From positions 1 to 64,000 of the IMG/VR virus record IMGVR_UViG_3300046009_005595: 64,000 nucleotides of DNA. The stretch is one strand, 5' to 3'. Origin of the DNA: an uncultured virus (IMG/VR IMGVR_UViG_3300046009_005595) (Duplodnaviria; Heunggongvirae; Uroviricota; Caudoviricetes). The translations under genes and the position numbers were made by a program. The notes beneath the pieces are model-generated. The model was not told the DNA's origin. It saw only the letters and a list, made by a program, of their open reading frames with translations, and did not search any database. This document shows positions 8,332 to 15,915 of this stretch, piece after piece; within the stretch, counting starts at the first letter, position 1, and every line of letters begins with the position of its first letter.

Positions 8332-8574
8332 ATGCCAATTTATGATATAAAGAATAAAGACACTGGAGAAATAGAAGAAAAATTTATGACTATTTCTGAA
8401 TATGAACAATATAAAATTGATCATCCCAATGAAGAACAAGTTTTCACAACAATGAATTTTGCAGATTCTGTTTCTTTAGGAATTAAAAAACCACCAAGAG
8501 AATTTCAAGAGGGAGTTATCGAAAGAATTAAAAGAAATACCCCAGGTCATAATATTCAAAGCAGATGGGACTAA
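8332..8574 (+). CDS. FmdB-like small protein
   Basis: MPIYD..N..TGE N-terminus; position just before phoH is typical of T4-like phages. Confidence 0.55.
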   Translation: MPIYDIKNKDTGEIEEKFMTISEYEQYKIDHPNEEQVFTTMNFADSVSLGIKKPPREFQEGVIERIKRNTPGHNIQSRWD

Positions 8575-8623
8575 ATACAATTTTGTTATGTATATTAATG
8601 TTTTTTTGACTTCTATTAACTAC

Positions 8624-8647
8624 AAAGGGCAGATATTGCCCTTTTTT
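8624..8647 (+). terminator. Hairpin plus T tract just upstream of phoH
   Basis: AAAGGGCA-gatat-TGCCCTTTTTT. Confidence 0.5.
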
Positions 8648-8663
8648 CTTTTCAAGGATGTTT

Positions 8664-9446
8664 ATGTCAAAAATAAGAAAACTAAACAGCAAATTCTTAA
8701 AATCTTCAGAGATAGATAGAGAGATGGATAATGTAACTTCGATAAAAGGCAGAAAAAGAAAACCACAAAATTCTAATACAGGACAATTAGTATTAAAGGA
8801 AATTCAACCATTAACAGATAATCAAAAATTAGCTTTTGATTCATATTATTCTGGTAGAGAATTAATTCTAAGTGGATTTCCTGGAACTGGAAAAACTTTT
8901 TTAGCTATGTATCTTGCATTAAATGATTTATTCTATTCAGAAAATGATTATGAAAGAATTATTATATGTAGAAGTTTAGTTAAATCTAGGGAAATAGGAC
9001 ATTTACCTGGTTCTGTTGATGAAAAAGCTCAACCTTTTGAAGCACCTTATATTTCTATATGTAATGAATTGTTTAGTAGAGGTGATGCATATTCAATATT
9101 ATCTAAAAAGGATATAATTCAGTTTGAAAATACTTCATTTTTAAGAGGATTATCTTTTAATAATGCATTAATTATTATTGATGAAGCTCAAAATTTCAAT
9201 TTCCATGAAATTGATACTGTTTGTGGTAGAATAGGTAAAAATTGTAGAATAATTTTTTCTGGAGATATACATCAATCTGATTTAATCAATACTAGAGAAT
9301 GTAGTGGGTTTGCTAAATTTTTAAAAATCGCAAACATTATGGATAGATTTAATGTTGTAGAGTTTGAGGTAACTGATATAGTAAGAAGTCAATTTGTATA
9401 CGACTATATTGTTGCTAAACATAGAGTAGAACAAGGATATGATTAA
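8664..9446 (+). CDS. phoH: PhoH-family ATPase
   Basis: GFPGTGKT Walker A, IGHLPG, LRGLSF, IIDEAQN, GDIHQSD. Confidence 0.93.
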   Translation: MSKIRKLNSKFLKSSEIDREMDNVTSIKGRKRKPQNSNTGQLVLKEIQPLTDNQKLAFDSYYSGRELILSGFPGTGKTFLAMYLALNDLFYSENDYERIIICRSLVKSREIGHLPGSVDEKAQPFEAPYISICNELFSRGDAYSILSKKDIIQFENTSFLRGLSFNNALIIIDEAQNFNFHEIDTVCGRIGKNCRIIFSGDIHQSDLINTRECSGFAKFLKIANIMDRFNVVEFEVTDIVRSQFVYDYIVAKHRVEQGYD

Positions 9447-10236
9447 TAAAAGAAAATATAGAAGTATTTTCATTTCAGACATTCATCTTGGAACTAGAGA
9501 TTGCAAAGCAGAATTGCTTTGCAATTTCTTAAAATATAATTCAGCTAATACAATATATCTTATTGGAGATATTATTGATGGTTGGAAAATGCAACAAAAT
9601 AAATGGAAATGGAAAAAATCTCATACAAATGTAATTCGTCAAATTTTGAATCATTCAAAAAAAGGTTCAAAAATAGTGTATATTACAGGGAATCATGACG
9701 AGTTTTTGAGACCTTTATTAATATATGATTTTTCTTTAGGTAAAATAGAAATAGTTAATAGAATTGATCATATAGGAGTTAATGGTAAAAGATATTTAGT
9801 AATACACGGAGATTTATTTGATGGTATTTCTAAATTAGCACCTTGGTTAGGATTTTTAGGAGATAAATCATATGATTTATTATTATATCTAAATTCTAAA
9901 TATAATTGGTTCAGACATAAATTTGGATTTGGATATTGGTCATTTAGTAAATATCTAAAACATAAAGTTAAAGGTGCTGTTGATTTTATTTTTGACTATG
10001 AAAAAAATTTAGTTGACTATTGCAGAAGAAAATTCTATGATGGTGTTATCTGTGGACATATTCACCATGCAGAGATAAAAGAAATCGAAGGCATAGTCTA
10101 TATGAATGATGGAGATTGGGTAGAAAGTTGTACCGCATTAGTTGAACATTTTGATGGTACTTTTGAAATAGTAAATTGGAACGAAATTAAAGAAACTAAA
10201 GAGGATAGATGTGAAGAAAATATTGATAATAACTGA
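9439..10236 (+). CDS. Metallophosphoesterase of the PlcP / LpxH-like family (putative phospholipase C)
   Basis: ISDIHLG, GDIIDGW, GNHDE, HGD, CGHIH, YMNDGDWVESCTA. Confidence 0.8.
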   Translation: MINKRKYRSIFISDIHLGTRDCKAELLCNFLKYNSANTIYLIGDIIDGWKMQQNKWKWKKSHTNVIRQILNHSKKGSKIVYITGNHDEFLRPLLIYDFSLGKIEIVNRIDHIGVNGKRYLVIHGDLFDGISKLAPWLGFLGDKSYDLLLYLNSKYNWFRHKFGFGYWSFSKYLKHKVKGAVDFIFDYEKNLVDYCRRKFYDGVICGHIHHAEIKEIEGIVYMNDGDWVESCTALVEHFDGTFEIVNWNEIKETKEDRCEENIDNN

Positions 10237-11218
10237 CACAACCCTTAAACAAACTAATGGTGTTGTTAGAACTCTAAACAAAACAATGGAAATTCTTTCT
10301 GAAAAAAATGAAATCTCTTTCATCAATCCAGAAAGATTTAAAACTATTTCTCTACCATTCTATAAAGAAATTGACATTTCATTGAATATATGGAAAATTG
10401 GTAAAATGATTGAGGATATTAGTCCTGATTTTATTCATATTGCTACAGAAGGTCCAGTTGGATTAGCAGGAAAGTTATATTGTGATAGGAAAACCTATAA
10501 TTATACAACATCTTATCATTCTATGTTTCCTGAGTTTATTAAAAACATTTTTGGGATTTCTGAAAATTTAACATATCCATATTTCAAATGGTTCCATTCA
10601 AAGTCTAAAAATATATTAGTTCCTACTAATATAGTAAAAAATCTATTAATATCTAAAGGATTTGACAATCTTGTTGTTTGGAAAAGAGGAGTCGATAGAA
10701 AAGTATTTAATTCTTCTCATAGGAATAGGCCATTTGATTCACATTTAAAATTTATTTTATGTGTTAGTAGAGTTTCTAAGGAAAAAGGTTTAGATGATTT
10801 TTGTAATATTCCTGTACCAGATGGGTATTTAAAAGTTTTAGTTGGTGATGGTCCTTATTTAAAAGAACTTATGACTAAGTATCATAGCGAAGTATCATTT
10901 GTTGGAAAATTAACAGGAAAGAATCTTTCCACCATCTATGCTAATGCAGATGTTTTCGTTTTTCCTTCTAAAAATGATACCTTCGGGTTAACACAATTAG
11001 AAGCAATTGCTTCAGGTACTCCTGTATTAGCATATAGAGGTACTGTTTCTGATGAGATAATTAGAGAAGGTAGAAGTGGATTTCTAGTAGAAGAATTCGG
11101 AGTTGGTGAATTAGATGCTTGTTTAACATTATCCAGAAAATATGTAGAGGATGAGTCTTATAATTGGACTTGGAAAAAGTGTACTGCAATTTTTTACGAA
11201 AGTTTAGTTGAAAAATAA
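10211..11218 (+). CDS. GT4 glycosyltransferase (Agt-like glycolipid synthase)
   Basis: QTNGVVRTL, HIATEGPVG, RVSKEK, VGDGP, VFVFPSKNDTFGL..LEAIASGTPV. Confidence 0.85.
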   Translation: MKKILIITDTTLKQTNGVVRTLNKTMEILSEKNEISFINPERFKTISLPFYKEIDISLNIWKIGKMIEDISPDFIHIATEGPVGLAGKLYCDRKTYNYTTSYHSMFPEFIKNIFGISENLTYPYFKWFHSKSKNILVPTNIVKNLLISKGFDNLVVWKRGVDRKVFNSSHRNRPFDSHLKFILCVSRVSKEKGLDDFCNIPVPDGYLKVLVGDGPYLKELMTKYHSEVSFVGKLTGKNLSTIYANADVFVFPSKNDTFGLTQLEAIASGTPVLAYRGTVSDEIIREGRSGFLVEEFGVGELDACLTLSRKYVEDESYNWTWKKCTAIFYESLVEK

Positions 11219-11221
11219 ATT

Positions 11222-11881
11222 ATGTTTTTATATTGCCCTCCAAAAGAAATATATGATTTAAAAACTGAAATCATTAATAATAAACGTCATTACGTTACTC
11301 CTAATGGAAAGTATGCGTCAATAACCACAATATTAGGATCTTTTAATAAACAAAGGCTTTTTGATTGGAGAAAAAAAGTTGGGGAGGAAGAAGCTACTAG
11401 AATTTCCACTAGAGCTTCTTCTAGAGGAACCAAAACACATTCTTTATGTGAACAATATTTGAATAATAAAGCTATTGATTATTCTGATTTTGCTAATACA
11501 ATAGCATTAGATTGTTTTATTTCAATTAAACCATTTTTAGATAATATTAATAATATACATTATTTAGAATGTGCTTTATATTCTGATAGGTTAAAAGTTG
11601 CTGGAAGATGTGATGCTATTGCTGAATATGATGGAGTATTATCAATAATAGACTATAAAACATCAACTAGATTAAAGACTGAAGAAGATATACAAGATTA
11701 TTTTCTACAAGCAACATTTTATGCTATGGCTTATTATGAATTAACTGGGATAAAAATAAATCAAATAATTATAATAATAGCTGTTGAAGATGATAACCCT
11801 CAAATTTTTATAAAAGATATAAATAGTTATATTAAAATTTTAATAGGTAAAGTTAAATGTTATCATTCAAGAAATTCATAA
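11222..11881 (+). CDS. PD-(D/E)XK (Cas4-like) exonuclease of T4-like phages
   Basis: SITTIL, RGTKTH, AGRCD, IIDYKTS, YFLQ..Y. Confidence 0.85.
   Translation: MFLYCPPKEIYDLKTEIINNKRHYVTPNGKYASITTILGSFNKQRLFDWRKKVGEEEATRISTRASSRGTKTHSLCEQYLNNKAIDYSDFANTIALDCFISIKPFLDNINNIHYLECALYSDRLKVAGRCDAIAEYDGVLSIIDYKTSTRLKTEEDIQDYFLQATFYAMAYYELTGIKINQIIIIIAVEDDNPQIFIKDINSYIKILIGKVKCYHSRNS
11818..11825 (+). promoter_or_regulatory. Late promoter for the Nudix/kinase-like pair
   Basis: TATAAATA inside the exonuclease 3' end, about 31 nt before ATG 11857. Confidence 0.6.
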
Positions 11882-12507
11882 AAGAATCAATTGTTCATCC
11901 TAAATTAGGAGAACATGGAGAATCTGTTTATATTGAAAATCCATCAAATCCATCTCCAATAGAACATTGGCATGATTCAACCAAACACGCAACAGTAGTT
12001 CCAAAAGGAGAACTCCCACAAGAATTAAATGGAGTTAAATTTGAATCTTGGAAAAATTCTCCAAAAAATAAAGAAGAATGGAATTCTGTCGAAGGACAAG
12101 GTGATTTTGAAGAACCTCCTTTAATTAATACAAATAATAAAAGAATTGCAACTGGAGCAATAATACATGAAAAAGATGGTAGAGTGTGGACATTATCCCC
12201 AACAAATGGATTTGGTGGATATGATACAACTATTGGACCTAAAGGTAAATTAGATTCAGGGTTGAATCATAGAGCAAATGCTATAAAAGAAGCACACGAG
12301 GAAACAGGTCTAAAAATAGAATTATTAGGACATGCATATGATTCTAATAGATCTACTAGTTTGACTAGGTATTATCATGCTAAAAGAGTAGGAGGAACCC
12401 CATCAGAAATGGGATGGGAATCTCAGGCAGTTCATTTAGTTCCAAAAGAAAAATTAAAAGATCATTTAAACTCACCACTAGATAAAGAGATAGTAGAAAA
12501 ACTATGA
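11857..12507 (+). CDS. Nudix hydrolase with capsid-targeting-like N-terminus
   Basis: PKG...NAIKEAHEETGL Nudix box; begins MLSFKKFIKE. Confidence 0.85.
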   Translation: MLSFKKFIKESIVHPKLGEHGESVYIENPSNPSPIEHWHDSTKHATVVPKGELPQELNGVKFESWKNSPKNKEEWNSVEGQGDFEEPPLINTNNKRIATGAIIHEKDGRVWTLSPTNGFGGYDTTIGPKGKLDSGLNHRANAIKEAHEETGLKIELLGHAYDSNRSTSLTRYYHAKRVGGTPSEMGWESQAVHLVPKEKLKDHLNSPLDKEIVEKL

Positions 12508-13241
12508 AAACATTCAAAGAATTTATATCAGAAGAATTTATAAAGACATCTGGAGCATTAGGTTCAAATCCAGGAGGGATATATCAACATAATGAAACAG
12601 GTAAAAAACATTATATTAAATTTCCAGAACATTCAGATCAAGCAAAATCAGAAGTTTTATCTGGAAAACTTCAGGATTTGATGGGTATTAAAACATTAAA
12701 TCCAGAAATAGCTAATATAGAAGGAAAAGAAGGTGTTTCCACTAAATGGAAAGAAGGATTGACTCCAATAAAATTAAATGATGTTAAAGATATGACTCCA
12801 GATCAACATCATACTATAGGGAAGATATTTGCACATTCAGTTTTAACAAAAAATTGGGATGGTGTTGGAACAGGTCTTGATTATGGTCAAGGTAATATAT
12901 CATCGGATAGAAAAGGAGTTCTTCATGGAATAGATCCTGGTGGTTCTTTCGAGTTTAGAGCAAGAGGTGGACATAAACCTTACACTTCTGATATATCAGA
13001 GATCAGATCTTTACGAGATCCTAATGTTAATCATGAATCTGCTCATGTATTTAATACTGCGTTTTCGATGACTCCAGAAGCTTTGCATCACGGAATAGAA
13101 GCTGTACGAAATATTGATCAAGGAAAAGTTTATGATGCTTTTAAAAATTCTGGACTTCATAATTGGGAAGATCTACACAGAACTTTTCATGAGAGAAGAA
13201 ATAATTTCCTAGATCATTTCCAATCAACAGTTGACAAATAG
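12504..13241 (+). CDS. HipA/PI-kinase-like fold protein with capsid-targeting-like N-terminus
   Basis: GSNPGG loop, YIKF, NWD...GNI, IDPGG; begins MKTFKEFISEE. Confidence 0.55.
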   Translation: MKTFKEFISEEFIKTSGALGSNPGGIYQHNETGKKHYIKFPEHSDQAKSEVLSGKLQDLMGIKTLNPEIANIEGKEGVSTKWKEGLTPIKLNDVKDMTPDQHHTIGKIFAHSVLTKNWDGVGTGLDYGQGNISSDRKGVLHGIDPGGSFEFRARGGHKPYTSDISEIRSLRDPNVNHESAHVFNTAFSMTPEALHHGIEAVRNIDQGKVYDAFKNSGLHNWEDLHRTFHERRNNFLDHFQSTVDK

Positions 13242-13259
13242 ATCATAGGTTGATATACT
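13231..13259 (+). promoter_or_regulatory. Sigma70-like early promoter
   Basis: TTGACA-N17-TATACT. Confidence 0.8.
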
Positions 13260-13283
13260 GTATTTTTGTTATGGAGAATGTGT

Positions 13284-13586
13284 ATGTGGTTAGTTTTGAA
13301 TAAAGGATTTCTTTCTATTGTTAACAAGGAAGGAAGTTATGTGGTTAGATCTAGAGTCAAAGAACATTTGTCTTTTTATTTTCCAAATTTTGAAATTGAA
13401 GAAGGAGGTGGAACAGACTATCAATATAGAATCAGATTGACGAAGAGTCAGTTGGATAATTTTTTTAGTCTTCTGCCTAATGAAATAGTATATTCTAATT
13501 TTAAAGATTCTATTGAAGATAATGCAATCCATAATTTTGCTAGTCGAATATGGACTTTAGGGTGGCAATTATTTTCGTATAAATAA
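13284..13586 (+). CDS. Hypothetical protein (MWLVLNKGFLSIV...DYQYR...YSNFKD)
   Basis: ORF with GGAG RBS behind a near-consensus promoter. Confidence 0.65.
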   Translation: MWLVLNKGFLSIVNKEGSYVVRSRVKEHLSFYFPNFEIEEGGGTDYQYRIRLTKSQLDNFFSLLPNEIVYSNFKDSIEDNAIHNFASRIWTLGWQLFSYK

Positions 13587-13702
13587 TATATTGCCCCAAA
13601 AAATGGGGCAATAACAAGATAACTTTAAAAGTAAAGTAATCTTAAATCATCAAATAGAAAATTGAATTATTGTAATTCAATCGTTATAGGAGAAAAAAGA
13701 AG

Positions 13703-14050
13703 ATGAAATTATTCATTTTATGCTTGACTCTTTTTATGTCAAGTGTCACAATGTCGAAAGAGGTTGTACATCAAGTCGGAATAGCTAGTTGGTATGGATA
13801 TGGACTTAACGGAAGAAAAACTGCTTCTGGTGAAAGATTTAATACTAATTCATATACAGCAGCACACAAAAACTTGAAATTCGGAACTTCTGTTAGAGTG
13901 ACTAATCTAGTAAATAAAAGATCTATAATAGTAACAATTAATGATAGAGGACCATTTATCAGAGGTCGAGTGATTGATTTGTCTAAAGCAGCAGCTAATG
14001 CCGTTGGTATTAGAGGAACAGGAAAAGTTTCTTTAACTATTTTAAAATGA
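13703..14050 (+). CDS. rlpA: RlpA-like (DPBB) lytic transglycosylase with signal peptide
   Basis: GIASWYG, TASGERF, TAAHK.L.FG, INDRGPF, RVIDLS. Confidence 0.92.
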   Translation: MKLFILCLTLFMSSVTMSKEVVHQVGIASWYGYGLNGRKTASGERFNTNSYTAAHKNLKFGTSVRVTNLVNKRSIIVTINDRGPFIRGRVIDLSKAAANAVGIRGTGKVSLTILK

Positions 14051-14086
14051 GAGTTAAATAAACTATTTAAATTAGAGGTAATATTA

Positions 14087-14311
14087 ATGAAAGTGTCTTT
14101 GTCTGACATGGAAAAGTTTTCTGATAGGATAAATAAGATAGTTCAAGATGATAAGCTAGAATATATAGATGCTATAGTTCATTTTTGTGAAGAATCAGGA
14201 ATTGAAGTTGAAATTGCTGCTAAACTTATTACTCCAGCAATAAGACAAAAAATTGAATTTGAAGCTATGCAAAATAGATTAATTCAAAAATACCCAGTCC
14301 TTCCAATATAA
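14087..14311 (+). CDS. 33: Late transcription coactivator gp33
   Basis: YIDAIVHFCEE.GIEVE..AKLI motif; gp33-gp59-gp32 synteny. Confidence 0.85.
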   Translation: MKVSLSDMEKFSDRINKIVQDDKLEYIDAIVHFCEESGIEVEIAAKLITPAIRQKIEFEAMQNRLIQKYPVLPI

Positions 14312-14889
14312 TGAATGTTAATGAATCATATAGATTTTATAGTGCTATAAAAGTTCATTTTAATTGTGAAAAATATGATTTTTTCCAAAGAAATGGTAGT
14401 ATTTACAGACCTAAAGTATTGTCTAAAACACAATTCAATCATTTTGAAAAACTAGGAAAAAAATATGATTCTGAATTAATTGATTTTTATGTATCTAATT
14501 TTTTAGAAAATCCAAAAATTAGCATTTATCAATTAATTAATAAAGAAGCAGAAGATGTTTTTATAGAATGGAAAAAACGTAATCAAGCTTTTACGTTTAG
14601 ATTCAAGGAAGATCTTGTTAATTTAATTGATAATTATACCTTTGAAGATATTTTCAAAGGAGATTATCCAAAGTTATTGACAAAGACATTGCAATATGAG
14701 ATAATGTTTGAGTCATTTGTAGTCTTAAATCATCATTTAAGACTTTCTAATAATTGGGATAGTAAGTTTAAAGATAATTTGATATGGAAACCTATATCAT
14801 TTAAATCTAAAAAATATTATCCTTTTATTAGATATGATAAATCCAAGATAAAGGAAATCTTGGTTAATTGTTTAAGGATGAATACTTAA
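14311..14889 (+). CDS. 59: Helicase loader gp59
   Basis: Y.AIKVHF...YDFF..NG N-terminus; synteny. Confidence 0.8.
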   Translation: MNVNESYRFYSAIKVHFNCEKYDFFQRNGSIYRPKVLSKTQFNHFEKLGKKYDSELIDFYVSNFLENPKISIYQLINKEAEDVFIEWKKRNQAFTFRFKEDLVNLIDNYTFEDIFKGDYPKLLTKTLQYEIMFESFVVLNHHLRLSNNWDSKFKDNLIWKPISFKSKKYYPFIRYDKSKIKEILVNCLRMNT

Positions 14890-14952
14890 AAATTTATATT
14901 ATGTAATTTAGTGGACTAGTTGTTAACACATTGTATACACGAGGAAATATAT

Positions 14953-15882
14953 ATGTCATCATTTTTAAATTTGAAAAGAAATTCCAGTAATAATTATGAT
15001 AATCTAACTAAAGCTGTTGAGTCGATGAATTCATCTACAACATATGGTTCTGAAGATAAAGATAAAAATTATTGGAAATGCGAGCTTGATAAGGCTGGTA
15101 ATGGATATGCTATTATTAGATTCCTTCCAATAAGCCCACAGGATTCGGATGAGAATGGAAATTCTAAGACACCAGGAGGTGCTCCTTTCGTTAAATATTA
15201 CGATCATGGATTCCAAGGACCAGGTGGTTGGTATATTGAAAACTCTCTTACTAGTATAGGACAAGCTGATCCTCTTTCAGAATATAATTCTCATTTATGG
15301 AGAACTGGACTTGAATCTGATAAAGAACAAGCAAGGAAGCAGAAGAGAAGATTACATTTTGTAGCAAATGTATATATTATAAAGGATTCTAAAAATCCAG
15401 AAAATGAAGGTAAAGTTAAACTTTTCAAGTTTGGTAAAAAGATCTTTGATAAAATTATCGGATCTATGCAACCACAGTTTGAAGATGAAACTAAGATTGA
15501 TCCATTTAACCTTTGGGAAGAAGGAGCCAACTTTAAACTAAAGATTAGAAAGATAGATAATTATCAGAATTATGATCTTTCAGAATTTGAATCACCAAGC
15601 CCTTTGTTTGAAGATGATAGTAAACTTGAAGCAATCTGGAAATCACAACATTCTCTTTTAGAAGTTATAGATCCAAAGAATTTTAAATCTTATGATGAAC
15701 TAAAGAAAAGATTGGATCGTGTTCTTCGTAATAGTTCAGTTGGATATAAACCAACAACTGTAGAGCAATTGCGTTCTGAATCAAAACCAGTTAAACCTAC
15801 TTTGTCTGAGGTTGAATCATCTTTTGTAGATGAAGAAGATGATGATCTGAATTACTTTAGAAATCTTATTGAAGAAGATTAA
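14953..15882 (+). CDS. 32: Single-stranded DNA-binding protein gp32
   Basis: GNGYAIIRFLP, GGWYIENSL, FKFGKKIFDKI, GANFKLKIR, acidic tail; ATG 14953 behind GAGGA. Confidence 0.95.
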   Translation: MSSFLNLKRNSSNNYDNLTKAVESMNSSTTYGSEDKDKNYWKCELDKAGNGYAIIRFLPISPQDSDENGNSKTPGGAPFVKYYDHGFQGPGGWYIENSLTSIGQADPLSEYNSHLWRTGLESDKEQARKQKRRLHFVANVYIIKDSKNPENEGKVKLFKFGKKIFDKIIGSMQPQFEDETKIDPFNLWEEGANFKLKIRKIDNYQNYDLSEFESPSPLFEDDSKLEAIWKSQHSLLEVIDPKNFKSYDELKKRLDRVLRNSSVGYKPTTVEQLRSESKPVKPTLSEVESSFVDEEDDDLNYFRNLIEED

Positions 15883-15889
15883 AAACTAT

Positions 15890-15915
15890 AAAGGGGGCAT
15901 TAGCCCCCTTTTTTT
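15890..15915. terminator. Bidirectional terminator between gp32 and the convergent tail gene
   Basis: AAAGGGGGC-atta-GCCCCCTTTTTT. Confidence 0.85.

Noticed and set aside
8575..8663. Pho box upstream of phoH
   Set aside because: No convincing CTGTCAT-type tandem repeat with 11-bp period
11222..11881. Cas4 as evidence of CRISPR-Cas
   Set aside because: Typical stand-alone T4-like exonuclease; no array or other cas genes
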